Source of the DNA: Malacoraja senta
Lineage: Eukaryota
DNA: 64,000 bases
Direction of reading: 5' to 3'
Assembly: GCA_038087875.1 (NCBI GenBank)
Contig: CM075987.1
Span: forward strand, 21,888,001 to 21,952,000
The notes under the pieces were generated by a model that was not told where the DNA came from, searched no databases, and saw only the letters and a program-made list of their open reading frames with translations. The position numbers were made by a program, and so were the translations under genes. Shown here one piece after another: positions 35,656 to 49,282 of the stretch; position 1 is the stretch's first letter; every line of letters starts with the position of its first letter.

Positions 35656-38600
35656 GTATGTTGACATCCAGTGGGGCAATTCCATTTCTACCTTCCATTT
35701 TCGAGGTGGGCAAAGGCAGGTGAAGGATGAAGTCTTGATTTTGTGCCGTCACCTGTCCTCGCAGTTGAATTTCCTGTCCTGCATGATTCTGTCTTTGAAG
35801 TAGGTACGCCAAGTTCACTTTTTTGAATTTTACTTAATTTTGTATTTATGATTTAAATTCTTAAAAATACGAGATTTTCCAAATGTGATATTGCAGCCAG
35901 TTGCACTGAATTTCCACCCTCATCAATGCCAGGTTAATTGTTCTCTTCTAACACTTAACAGTTAGACAATTACAGTAGCTCCATGCCCGTTGTCCTAACA
36001 TGAGGCTGTGTCGGACTCATCACACACCAGTATCAGACCTGGATCTTTCCGATTCAGTGTTGCATCATAATCACTAACAAATGCAATAAAGTGGTTTCTC
36101 CTGAATTCTTTATCTGGAGTGCTGTGAATATCTAGAAATTGCTACAAGGAGTGGTTGAACAAAATATTCTTGGACAAATTAGCTAAGTTTATGAGAAAGA
36201 AAGTTGGTAAAATGCTATGCTGACATGGAATGAGATTGGATGAGATGCAAGGAACGTAAAAAGAGGAACTTTCATTAAAGGCTAGTTACTCTACTGTAAA
36301 TTCTAGGCAATGTATTTTAACTGGTGAGATGCTACACTTAGAATGGGGAGGGAATGCACGGTCTAATTAGTGCTATGAGCAGTATTTATTTGGCTGATCA
36401 TAGATTGTGTAATGTTACAAATAGTAGTTCAAACTGTATGATATTAATTAATACTTTAAAACATTTAATATGAAATATCAATTAGAATCTCTTCAAAAAT
36501 GTTTATTTGAAAGTAGCCATTTCTCATTTTCTAACCTTCATGATGCAATCTCTTAATAACTCTGTTCCAGTATAATTTTTGGAGTTGTTAAATTTAATGA
36601 ACCAATGACCCTAAGTTTTGTTTTGTGTTAAATTGAGCCAGAATTAGGATCTATTTAAGTACTTTTGGCCAAAGTTCCATAACGATGCACAAGGCTTTTT
36701 TTCAGCTAATTCTGTTGAAACTCCACATGGCTCATGTTGATTACTCTTTCATCTTTTCCTTCTGTGTTTGTGCAGTTTTGAATTTGTTGCATTGATAGCA
36801 TAGAAATGGACCACAGAAGGTAATACTCCACGTTTGATCTCTCCCATCCTATTCACTTTATGATCCAAATGAGAAATCCTTCAACTCAATCATCCCTCGT
36901 GTATTAATTCTGTTTCACCTTTCTGGATCTTTACTATTTTCCTCGGCCATATCTTGCAGTAGTAAGTTCCACGTTCTCATTTTTCTTATTTTTGGGCACC
37001 AGTGTCCAGCCCAGTCACCTTCGATTGGTTTTTAATTTAGTTTGTCAATTTTGAATTGCAAGCATTTGACAAAACAAAAAATAAAAAAGACCAACCGAAC
37101 AATTCTGTTACGTTTATGATGCTCTTGTATCTGGAACACAATATCTAAAGTTAATTGTTGTTATTTATTTTTATGGTTCTATAAATTTTAGTTTTGGAAT
37201 AGATGAGCAGTAGGAAGGTATGATATTGCACTTTCAATACGATGTATTTAAACGTGTAATTATCTTTCACTAGTAGCTAAATGAATGACAAGGTAACTCC
37301 TCCAACACCTTGGCTGAGGAATCTATTTTGACTTGGATTCACTGACTTTGTTTCTGTGTAGTCAAATGCTTCAATGGCTGACTACTAGAAACTGTGTGTT
37401 TGCAACCCAGGTGCTATCTCTCATCTGGGTTCCTAGCCAGAAGCAGCACAAACCTGAAAACATATGTTTTTCACTCACACAAATGAGCTGCAAAATGTAT
37501 TATCTAAATCTCCCCTGCATTAACCATGAGTCCTACACTTTGCAGAGTAGAATTATCTGTTTGCATATAATTATTTGCTGCTGTCAATATGCAGATTTTA
37601 CAGTTTGTCATTTTTTCTGTGTAATCCTTGTGGATTTCAGGTTAAATTAGCCTTGAAAATAGCACAGATGTGAGGCCTTTCTCATTGTTTCTTTAAAATT
37701 ATATTACTCCCCCTTTTTTCATTTTTACTTTCTATTAGTTCCCTCCACCTATTTACAGTTGGAATTGTCTCCTTGATGGAACTTCTTCCATTAATAATCT
37801 AATCAAGCCACTACAATTATTATTTAGTTATCTTCTTGTTGCTTGACCGAATGTTGACATGTGAAGCTGCCTTCTGAGTGTCGGCAGGTGGTTTAATGAC
37901 GCATGCGCACCCACACGCTTTTCTCTTCCATGTCAAGTTTTCTCACAATTTCTCATCTGCTTTCTGGCCTGAGTAATGTTAATGTGGAGAATAAATCAAA
38001 TTTAACTGTTGCAGAGGTTTTGCACTCATCAAAAAAAAGGAGTGGAGATGATAGTAGCAATAGCACATGGATTTATTTCCACTTCAAGTACCAATAGACA
38101 GAAGGAGGCCATTGTACCTGTGCTGGCTGAAGTCATTTGTCTGCAGCCTTTTCCTTTTGAAGTATGTATTCCTAATGGTTGAATTTGTTCAAGTTCCAAT
38201 TTCTAACGGTCTTCTACACCCTAAAAGCCTATAGTTTAGCAGGAACAATTCCTTCATGCACTTTACACTGTGTAAAACTTTCAGACTCTGTTTTGACAAA
38301 AGTGTTTAAAAGGTACCTTTTCCATTTTTACATAACTGAGATTAATTGAGATTTCTTAATTTCTTAATTCTTATTCTTAATTGAGATTTCCAAACATAGA
38401 ACTGGATTGAGTCTGTCCATAGTCATTCACAAAGGACCCTCAAAGTAAAGAAAGAAAAACAGATTTAATCTTACCAGCAACTGGCTGGATTCAAATCCAA
38501 GTTACAGAGGCAATAGACCATCTATATAATAGGCTTTATTGCATATCATTGAGAACTTGCAAGTCAACATGATTCAACAGCTCAATTTTTAATTTTTTAA

Positions 38601-40284
38601 ATTCTGATTGTAATTCTCACTTGTTTTTGCAGCCAATTTACAGTGGGATTTTATAATTTCACTAAGATGGTGGGTCTTGAGTTGCTGATTCATGTGAGTG
38701 TTGACAGTTACTATCAAGTTAGCAGCAGAGTTGAGTGTTGCTATTTATTTAGAACAAAGTTTCTATGACTACCACGACTTTTCTTTGTCATTTGAAATCT
38801 ATATTTAAATGCTTCAAATGTAATCAAAATAATCTAAGAAACTTGGCTTGCCTACTTGATTACTGTGCATGTGTGATTTATTTAAACTTTTTTTTAAATG
38901 AATGTTTTGTGCATTTCTTTTAAATTTCAAAAATAATTATAGAACCAAACGAAATATAACAATTTTTCAACGTATTTCTTTGAATCATTTTCATTAGCAT
39001 ATTTTGGAGTATGTTCACAAAAAGGACTATATTGCATTTAGATATTTGCATGGGGAATTGTTTCCGCTATGCGTCATGTGGACATTACTGACTAAACATG
39101 CATTTGTCATCTATCCTTAATTGCCTGTCAACGGAGAGGATTATCAGGGCAGTTAAAAGATGATAACTTCAAATAGACTTCCAGAACCTCTGACAGTCTC
39201 TGCATAACCACTTAGGATGGGGGGGGGGTTATGAGTGGAAATTTGAACATGGCTTATACTTTTTTGTCAGAAACAATAAATTGAAGGAAAATGGAATGAA
39301 AAACCAATGGTATAGATTGATTCTCTAGCGGTTTAATTCTCTGGCGGTTCCCCCTGTTTCCTCACTGACAACAGATACAGATTATAACATTACCGTATCT
39401 CGTAGTATGCCTGATCATCTCTAGTCATGAGCAGTTGTAATCACAATTGTTCTGCTTTTTACTTTTGCCATCTGTGAGCTTTGTTTGCATTTGTATTTTA
39501 TGACAATGTAGCTTTTGCGCAGCATGGATTGTTGCCTTCAGGCAAAGTGTGAGAATTAATTGGAGTTAACCCAGAGGTTTTTGAGTCCAAACTCAGTTGT
39601 AGATCTTGAACATACCTGCAACCCAGGAGAGCATTGGATACACAGTGACTTAAATGCTGATGAAGTGAAAGATGCTGTATACATATGAACTTCTTTGTGT
39701 TGTTTCATTGTCTCAAGAATCCCGGGGAACTAGGGCAGATGTACCAGGGCTTCCTGGATAAGAATCTCTTGCCAATTAGTGCATTTCCCCATTTAATTCC
39801 TGGGGAGTCAGAAACCATTTGGTCTCAGTTGTGTTTACAGATTTCAGCTCATCTGACACGTTGCTTTCCCTGCGTTCTGGCATCTGTGCTGCTTGTCAAT
39901 TTAATTGGGTTGCTCGATGCAAAGCTCATGATCACATCATTAGCCCTCCACTGAATTGGAATTAAAACCCAACTGCTAAATTCACTGTTATCCTAGCTGG
40001 ATGCCTAGTTACCTCCTTGCTTCACTTACTTAGACTAGGATTGTTACCCTTTATCAGGGTGGAGTGATAATGCTTTATATATGTTACATTTTTCTTGTAA
40101 TTCCTATTAAGGAAAGATGGAATGTATGACCCAGCCAGTGAAGAAAAATTGAAGGGAGTTTAGAGACAAGTATGAGGCATTGTTGCGTTGAATGGCTTAT
40201 TTCTGTGGTTTAAATATTGTTTTATTGTTCTTATGTAAAATGCAATGATGAATTCTAAAAGTCTCTTTTTGATACCATCTGAAG

Positions 40285-40474
40285 TCCATCTTTTCGCAAC
40301 TGAAGTTATCTCCAGGGCTGAAGAAGGTTCTTTTTGCAACTGCTTTGGGCACAGTGGCCTTGGCCCTGACAGCACACCAGCTGAAGAGGAGGCGGCGAAG
40401 GAAAAAGCAAGATGCGGAAAAACGCAAGGAGGCTCAGCTGCCTGCTCTGGGGAAATTTGCACCCTCAAGGAGAG
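40285..40474 (+). CDS. MIGA2: MIGA2 coding exon 2 (SIFSQLKLSPGLKKVLFATALGTVALALTAHQLKRRRRRKKQ...), hydrophobic anchor plus basic run
   Basis: gaag| acceptor, G|gtaaaa donor; 190 nt, ends phase 1. Confidence 0.93.
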
Positions 40475-43400
40475 GTAAAAAGTCATCCTATTTGTTTTTT
40501 TACTCCAAACCTCTGCACTTTCTTCCAAAAGGAACTTACCTATTTTTATGGAGATACCTGGAATTGCAAATGCTGGAATCTTACATATAACATGGTGCTG
40601 GAGTAACTCAGCAGGTCAGGCAGCATTTCTGGAGGACATGGACATCCCCAGAGATGCTGCCTGACCACTGAGTTACTCTAGTACTTTGTGTTCTAACCTT
40701 TTTTTGTGATAAAGGATACTATTAGTATCCAAGTGGTCCACTTTAGTATCCACTTTGTTGCAGAACTATCGAGATAACACTTGGGAACAGCGAGATTGGC
40801 AGATTTTCTGTTCTGTATTCTTGGGATGCTGAGATAATTTAAGTATATCTCAGTTTCAAAAGGCTCATTTACCTCACTATTTCCTCTTTTTCAGATAGGT
40901 AATGTCGTGGAGTATGTCCTAGAGAGATGAAAGCTCCCTTTACAGAGGAGGGTTGGGATGGGAGGGTGGTGGTGATGATGATACAGGGCTTAGTCCTCCT
41001 ACCTCCACCTTCAGCCACTGCATACAATACTGGCACCAAGCCTGGTCCTGTGATAACTTTTGCTTTCACTCATTTAACTCTTTTGGGTAATTCAATTTGG
41101 GAGGGTTAACTAATACTGCAACTTTTCCAAGGTTTACTAACACTATGACCTGCAGATGAAATTGACACAGCATATAAGTCACTGTTACAGGTCAAAATTA
41201 ATTTGTTCTCTGCTTTGTGGACAAAAAGGTTAATGACCCTTTAAATATCACCTCTTATCTTCTGGTCTTTTGCGTGTTGTGCCGCATCCTATTTCATTTT
41301 GCTGACAATCTTTTCATGTAAGTTTCCATTTTCTCTTGCGGTTGGATCACCTGAGACTACAAAACAACAACCAGTATTCAATCTTATCTGCTATTCCTAC
41401 AGACAATTTGCTCACTCTGCCTTTACAGTGCTGCCTTCAGTTTACAGCATTCCTTCCACATTACCCAAGCTTGAATCCCTATGTTGGCCCTTAACCAATT
41501 AGGTACACCAAAGGTATGTCTTTGCCTTTACATGTTATTAATCCAAACCTGTGATTAGATTATCTCCAACCAAAATTGTACCTACTTCATTTCCCACAAC
41601 CAGATATAATAATACCTACTTTGTTGTAGGGATGTTAATGTACTCCTCAGATAAATTCTCCTGAATGCATTTCAGAAATTCCTAACCTCTTGACTTACTC
41701 GAAAATTATACTAATTAATACTGGTGTAATTGAAGTCCCCCAATACTATTACTCTGTAGTTTTTGCACATTTCATTTTCCTGTAGACTTGTTCTATTTTT
41801 CACTGACCATTTGGTCGTCAAAACAATAGTTTCATTTACAAGATAGTGCCTTTTTGTGTTTCTAAATTTAAATTAATTCTGCCTTTCATCCACTCAAGGA
41901 CATTCTCTTTCCAGAACGATGATACATTCTTCATAGTACTCTAACCGTGTTTATTATTTCTTTTTCATTTCATCCAGAAAATTGATTTTCTGATGACGGG
42001 CCTTCGATCTGAAGTGTTATCCGCTTATTTTTCCATGCTTACTGCCTGGCTTGCTATGTGTTTCCAGCATTTTCTGTTTTAATTTTCTAGTCTTTCTCCT
42101 TTTGAACTCTGTTTCGTTGATCACCACCAGCTCCTATTCCCACAAAGCTTTGAGGCTGAAGTTCTCTAATCTCTCTCACTGTACTATGTGTGTTGGCATT
42201 CTTTCTGAATCTGCCTTTGTCTTGCACAGTCTTATTCTGCTTGCACTTAAAACTGTATCACTTTCTGCTCTCATGGTGTTTATAACTTTTTATTTTGTAT
42301 ATTTGCTTTTTACTGCTGTATGCTGATGTCCATCCCTGACCAATTACGTTTGAACTCCCCCCACCATACTGTGAAATTGAATTTGATAATATAATGATTT
42401 GTGGGTACGTATATGAAAAATAGTACTTGAAATCCCCCAAATTATTGCAAGGACTCGCATGATTCACTAATCATTCTCTGTAAGTGAATATTCTATTTGT
42501 TTACTCTGATTCTTGTAATTCCAAATCTTCCCTGGTAGGTGGCTGATTTTTAATGTTCTCGGGGTAACTGAAATGGATAATGATGATGCCTTGCTTTTGT
42601 TGTCCACCTCTGAAAAAGGTATTTGTTAAAAAGAAAGAGCCCCACAATATTTTTGAACCACCTCCCTTCATCTAGCCTGCTCTCTGGAGCCAGCCTAAAA
42701 ATTGAGAAGATAGTGGAAACCATTAGATGAATACAGATTCTCTTTAGGTTGCGAATGGCTTTTACTGATGTCCATATGTCGATTTTATCCTTGAGGCAGA
42801 AAGTATGCAAAATCACTCTATGTATAGTATTGGAAAGAATGATGCTGTGACTGAATAAGCCACTGGAGGCTGCAACTGGTTGATGTTAAAGATCCTTTTC
42901 ACACAAGTGGGTCTTCAGAGAATCTCTTTATCTTCTCTTTTCCCTTTCCTGACACTCTGTAGTACAGTGAGATTTTATACTTTTCACCAAGATAACAGTA
43001 AGCAATTGAGTAGAGCTTCTACTTAAAAATCGCTTATTCGTTAACATTTTGAGTGTAAACTGTGCAGACTTTTATATTTACAGTTAGAGGACATCCCATT
43101 TGGCAGAATCTCATTGAATATTCAAATACTGTTGGCTGGTCCAAGGGGTTCTGAGTGCAAAATTCCAAAATGTACTACTTTTGTTACAATGTTGAGCGAT
43201 GGTTCTCTGGGTGTGCAACCAGCCAGAATATTAATTGATAATCGACCTATCTTGAATACATGGCAGGAATATATCCTTAATGATGTGTCAATGCAGGAGA
43301 AAGCCTCATAATGCCTTTCCCGATCTCATCTTGAGAGTTTCAAAAAGGGCCAATCACCGTGAATATTTATTTATTGTCTTATCCTGCCTTGTTACAATCG

Positions 43401-44046
43401 TCCAGAATCGGGATGTCCCACATTCAATGTTTGGTTTTGATGTCCTTGAAGCATCAGTGGATGTTACACTGTTTAATAGAGTATCATTGCCCAAGTACCA
43501 ATTGCCTGTCAGTTTCCAAAGTAAATATTTTGTGTCACCCGCGAGAAGCAGGCAGCCTGTGCTCTTATTAACAGTGTCAGATTACCACAGGGAGGTTATA
43601 TGTAATATTCTGGCTGTTTTTTTTTTAAAGACTGATTCCTATTTGATCCCGCTCTTATGTATGGGAGCTTGTTCGTATGTGTGGGTGTTCATTAGTCAGG
43701 CATTCATAACCTGTGGAAGGCCTGGCTTACAGTAAGTGAAGGGAAAATACTCTGCAATGTTTCTCACTGAATCCTGTGTTGATCAAATCAGTGCAGGTGA
43801 TAACATGCTGGGAATACATTTATTTTAAAAAACAATGTTAAGAACACCCCCACACTCTAGTGAAAATCTGTGCTTCTCTCATTTGTGTTACTTTTGCTTT
43901 TGTTCACCAAGGCATCAAATGGGTCATGTATTTCTCAATGTGAAGGAGCAAGATGTATTTTCTTTGTTTCATTTAATCTAACTGTACGGTGGTTAGTGTG
44001 CAGACTTCAGCCAGACTGATTGTCTTGATGTCTCTCATCCCTGCAG

Positions 44047-44159
44047 CAACGCCCCCTAGAAGAGTGCAGAGCCCAGGAAGTAAGAGTAACGATACACTCA
44101 GCGCAGTTTCCTCCAGCGTGCTAGGCAGGCGATCTAGCTCTTCACACAGTCTAACATCC
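44047..44159 (+). CDS. MIGA2: MIGA2 coding exon 3 (..TPPRRVQSPGSKSNDTLSAVSS..SHSLTS)
   Basis: ctgcag| acceptor, TCC|gtaagg donor; 113 nt. Confidence 0.92.
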
Positions 44160-44394
44160 GTAAGGAAAATTTCAAACTCTGTTGTTTTTCAATTAACTTA
44201 TGGAGATGAAACATTTCTGGGAGGAAGTAGGACCAGTTGGGTATGTTTCACAGAGAGTCACTGCTGTTATAATGGTCAAAATGACTGCTTCCTGTTCTGT
44301 AAAATTGTTCATTTATAAAGGGTGTAAGAAATGTTCACTTTGGTCATTTATAATGTGTATTTATGGATTTCTTTTATTAAATGATAACTGAAAG

Positions 44395-44512
44395 GTGCGA
44401 CCAGCAAACTCGCCAAGTCCAGGCTCGCCAACGGAAGCGTGGGAAGCTGGAATAGTTCAGGAAGAGAATGAGACAGCAGAGGATTCCAATGCTGAGAACC
44501 TATATGTTATGG
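44395..44512 (+). CDS. MIGA2: MIGA2 coding exon 4 (VRPANSPSP...DSNAENLYVM)
   Basis: aaag| acceptor, G|gtacga donor; 118 nt; NAENLY motif. Confidence 0.88.
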
Positions 44513-46177
44513 GTACGAAGCTTTCATTGCAATCAAATCTTACTTTCCTATACTTGAATCAATGGACAGATGCATTAGCAGGTAGATTGGAGAGGCTGAC
44601 TTGATGATAGCGCCTAAGTATATTGTAGCTGTAACTTATTTGTTTCTGTATTAAAGGAAGAAAATAAATAATCTATTTACAATAACACATTTTTAATGTT
44701 TGGATCCTTTTTTAAACAAAAACTAGATTTGATTGCTGGACATAAACAGTGGATGAGTTCTGCTTGAATTATCATCTCTGAGTGGTTGGTTTGCTCTTTG
44801 ATCACCAGTTCATGGAAGGAAATAATTCTGCCCAGTGTGCCTGCGCCAGGTCTTTGAAAGAGCTGTTTATTTATCCCCACTCATCACACAAAATTCAATT
44901 TTCTTTTTTAACACTACACCCAATTTTCTTTAAGAAAATTGTGCTCCCACCACCAATGCACTCTAGATTATCATTACTTGGAGGAATTGTTTTTTGTCTC
45001 GCTTTGGTACATTAAAAGTTACATTAGTAGCATAAACAGAGCTATCTTCTTTAGTCTTCTTTGTAATTCAAGCCATAACCAGAGAGCCATACAGTATGAA
45101 AACAGGCTCTTCAGCCCACCTTGTCCATGCTGACCAATCTGGCATATTTGGCTAGTCCCATTTGCCTGCATTAGGCCCATTGTCCTCTTAAACCCTTCAC
45201 ATCCATATATCTGTCCAGGTTGAAGACCTCTCCAGCAAGTCAAGGGTAAGTCACGTCCGGTTTAATGTTGTATGAGCAGGTGCAGTGAGGTACAGATACA
45301 ATGAAAATCTTGCTTGCAGCAGCATTGGAGGCACACAGATTCAGACAAACACACAAAACATAAATTATGCATAAATCCCACAAGACTGGGTGGGAAGAAA
45401 GACAGCAAAAATAAAAAAACTCATTAATGCAAAAACATGCAGCTGGAAAGGAATCTATTCCACACTTTACAAGATCCGTCCTCAGCAAGACTTGTCTCCC
45501 ATTCTACTATTATTGTATTGTCCAGTCTTGAGCCCAGAATTTATAGTTAATAAACTGATTTGTTAATGCAAGGTTTCAGAATTGTTTTTCTTTCTAAATA
45601 GATGGAAACCGAAAGCATGCAGGTAACAGGCGGTTGTTTAAAGTACATGAATTATTATTTAGACATGATCTTGAATAACCAGATTGCCTGTTTGGAATCT
45701 GAGCGATCCTTTTCTTTATTCCCTGGCTGATGAGAAAAGAGACTGGGTGAAGAAAATCAATTAATGCTGCTCTCAATCCAGTGTGCTTGATTGGAACCTA
45801 AGGAACCGATTACTCTACGCTCAAGAAATAATTGAGAGAGAGCTGGATTTGGAATCTTAAGTTTTGGATTAATTGTTTGACCCTGCAAATAATATTAATT
45901 GACCATTCTTAAATTCGCAAATGCTTTACTTTGCAAAAATAAGGGCCAAAAATATGATATTATCTTATCACATGAAGCAGTTGAGGTGAATAGCATAGAT
46001 TAATTTAAACGTGGCATAGATTTGTGAATCGGGGAGAAAATAATAGAGAGGGTATGCTGGTGTAGGAAAACTAGTGGGGTGGGAGGAAGTTCAGGTGGAG
46101 CAGAAAGCACTAGTTGAACCAAATGATCCGTATCCTAATTGCATATTTTGTAATGCAGAATTCTATTCAATGATTAG

Positions 46178-46314
46178 GGATGGCGCTGTTTGAAGAAGCA
46201 TTGCAGAAGTGGGAGCTCGCTCTCACCCAGCGGCAATCGAGCTCCTCTGAAAAGGAACGGAAGAATGATCCGAAGAGCCCTGGAGCGAGTGATGGGACCG
46301 GGGATGGCTGTGAG
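46178..46314 (+). CDS. MIGA2: MIGA2 coding exon 5 (GMALFEEALQKWELAL...DGCE)
   Basis: ttag| acceptor, GAG|gtacac donor; 137 nt; FEEALQKWE motif. Confidence 0.9.
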
Positions 46315-46467
46315 GTACACACAGAAGAGGTTATTGGGTAGTGGGTGGAGGAATAAGATTGCTCTGGCAGCCAGCGCTGACTTTATGGGCCGAGGGGTCT
46401 TTCAACAACAACATGCCTGTTTTCTGATATTGTTGTCAGGGCAGGAATCCTGATTGATCCTTCTCTT

Positions 46468-46995
46468 CTTCAAAGGTTTCAAAGGTCTATTATGGTCACA
46501 TGTACCAATTAAGGTACAGTGATATGCGAATTACCACACAGCCATACGAAAAAAAAAGCAACAAGACACACAACTACATTCCTCACTGTGATGGAAGGCA
46601 AAAACATCCCATCTTCTTCCTCTTTATTCGTCGGGGCAGTCGAACCATCCGTCGGGGCGGTCGAAGTCCCCGTGTCGGGGCGGTCGAAGCTCCCACGTCG
46701 GGACGATCGAAACTCGCGTCGGGGCGGTCAAAGCTCCTGCGGCTTGGAGTTCCCGAAGTCGCTCTCTGACCAGAGACCGCGAGCTCCGTGCTTTTTTTTT
46801 TGTCCGCAAGCACCCACGGTTGGAGCTCCGAGGTTGATCCCTGGCAAAGGGATCGCGGGCTCCGCGATGTTAAAGTCCCATAGGCTCCCCGCGGTGGAGC
46901 TCTCAAAATTTGCTCTCCAGCGAAGGCCGCCAGATCCACGATGCTAGGCCGCAGTGCGGACGGAGATACGATATGGAAAATAATCACATCTCCGT
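46468..46995 (-). mobile_element. Second copy of the unclassified CpG-rich retroposon, in a MIGA2 intron
   Basis: Colinear with 11352-11900; 4-5 tandem units of about 20 bp at ~46628-46740. Confidence 0.7.
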
Positions 46996-47339
46996 ATCGC
47001 ATCTTAGTAATGAGTCTCTGTATCCTACCATAGATCAAGTTTGAGATCAACTGAGACCTTTTGTTTGTGTACTTCAGCAACTTGCTAAACAACAAATCAT
47101 TTGAACTAAAATGAACAATCGTATTGAACCAGCGGCATCTTTGACCTCTGCTTGATCACAGTCTTATATTTGGTATCAGTACCAAAACATATTACATTGA
47201 TTTATATCCCTAGATATTGTTTTGGCTTATATGGTTGGGGGTGGCTGGAAGTGGCAGCAGGGGCATGGAATTGAGATCAATTAAGTTAAAAAAACGAACT
47301 AAATATATGTAGAATCTTAAAATACAAATAATTAAACAG

Positions 47340-47454
47340 GAATCCCAAAGAAAGGAGTTTTCACAGAGGCTGGAATCCCTTCTTCATCGAGCTTACCGAC
47401 TGCAGGAAGAGTTTGGGGAGACCGTGCCTTCAAATAGCCTGCTGGCTGATTTTG
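47340..47454 (+). CDS. MIGA2: MIGA2 coding exon 6 (ESQRKEFSQRLESLLHRAYRLQEEFG...LLADF)
   Basis: aaacag| acceptor (A-rich), G|gtaagt donor; 115 nt. Confidence 0.9.
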
Positions 47455-47581
47455 GTAAGTTCCTACTCGGAAGGTGGGGAAAGAATATTCTTTTGTTACA
47501 GATTATGTCATTATAATGGTTTGTTATGGGAATTAATTGATACAGATTAGTGGACACCTTTCCAATTTTCTATTTGCCCAG

Positions 47582-47688
47582 AGTGTGTTGGTCCACTAGC
47601 TCTTCCCTATCGAGAGGACTCTGCAAGATACTATCTGGATGATGATATCACTGTGAGTTCGGAGGACTCGTTTGTTTCAGCAGCAGAG
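47582..47688 (+). CDS. MIGA2: MIGA2 coding exon 7 (..DDDITVSSEDSFVSAAE), FFAT-motif exon
   Basis: cccag| acceptor, GAG|gtgagc donor; 107 nt. Confidence 0.91.
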
Positions 47689-47721
47689 GTGAGCTTAATC
47701 TTGTTTTGTATCATGTTACTA

Positions 47722-48030
47722 TTTAGTTTAGTTCAGAGATACAGCGCAGAAACAGGCCCTTCGGCCCACTGAGTCCACACCGACCAGCAATCCCTGCACA
47801 TTAACACTATCCTAAATATACTCTGGCCAATTTACACTTATACCAAGCCAATTTACCTCCAAACCTGTATGTCTTTGGAGTGTGGGAGGAAACTGAAGAT
47901 TTTGGAGAAAACCCACGGGGAGAACGTACAAACTCCGTACAGACAGCATCCGTAGTCGGCATCGAACTCGGGTCTCCGGTGCTACAAACGCTGTAAGGCA
48001 GCAACTCTACCGCTGCGCCACTGTGCCGCA
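47722..48030 (-). mobile_element. tRNA-derived SINE (HE1/V-SINE type) just downstream of the FFAT exon
   Basis: Homologous to the 9295-9606 copy; TTTAG-repeat tail at about 47722-47735. Confidence 0.85.
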
Positions 48031-49072
48031 CCGTGAAGTGACTGTCTAATTTTGTCCACTATTTCTTTGTTCCTTGTTCTATCTCAGTTTTCTCTTTCTG
48101 TAAACTCAAGTTAGTCTTGAGCTCTGGTTGTATTTCCAAACCCTACCAAGCTGCTTTGGAAAGGCTGCAGATTATCTTTGCATTTAAATCCCTCTATGGT
48201 CTTGACCTCTTTCATTCCTCAATTGAGTTTTTTGTATCCCTTGAATTCTACCTTCTTTGTAAGTACACTAGGTCATAGCCCCACTATGTTCTTTCAGCTG
48301 CCTTGGCCCTAAACTCTGGAATTCCCCTTTGGAAACTACCTGCAGCTATCTTTCCCTGCACCCTCCATTGAGACCCTCCTGAAAGTTTACCTTTTAACCA
48401 GATTCTTAGTTACTTTCTCTAATATCTCAGCCATTTGTCGGAGTCAAGTGTCCAGGTAGCTCAACTTTTGCAGTCCATCCCCTGTTGCCTATGGTGGCTG
48501 CTTAGCTTCTTAATAAACGTGGTCCCATTATGCAAATAACTAGAAGTTTGAGTTTGACATGAACTTGGTTACCAGTCCTTCTGACAGTGGAAGTGATTTC
48601 TCTCTATGCATCAAAACACTTTGTAATTCGCCCTACCAATTTCTCTCCTACTTTGGTGGTTTTCAAGCAGAGTAATGTGCAAGTGCTGTCAGCAGAAGCT
48701 GTGTCTATTTTCTTGATCAATGCACCTCATGATCGGCTACATTTGTACACCGAGTAGTAGGCAGAAGATCTGACTTGGCCTGTGTAGTTCCTCACTGGTC
48801 ACTAATTGCCCTGCTCACATTGCACAGATACCTTTTTAAGAGCTACTCATTGTTTGGTGGAATTGAGTGCAGCAATACCAGCCTTGCGTCCGTTTATGAA
48901 ATAAACTTGAGATTCTGGTCCTCCTAAACTTGGTTAAGAATATCACTGGCTCTAGCTAACTGGACTGTTACACTGTGTTTAATGTTTGAAGGCATTATTG
49001 GTATTTCCTTTTTCCTTACTTGAAGCATTGCACCATTTCTATGTCAGCTCGTTCTACTTCAACACAGATTAT

Positions 49073-49282
49073 ATAGGAAAGAACTGCAGATGCTGGTTTA
49101 AATCGAAGGTAGACACAAAATGCTGGAATAACTCAAATGTACAGGCAGCATCTCTTGAGAGAAGGAATGGGTGATGTTTTGGGTTGAGACCCTTCTTGTG
49201 ACCCGAAACGTCACCATTCCTTCTCTCCAGAGATGCTGCCTGTCCCGCTGAGTTATTCCAGTATTTTATGTCTCTCATCACC
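49073..49282. mobile_element. Palindromic Penelope-pLTR-derived short element
   Basis: Inverted arms; 10-bp TSD CA(C/T)AGATTAT at 49063-49072 and 49283-49292. Confidence 0.75.
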
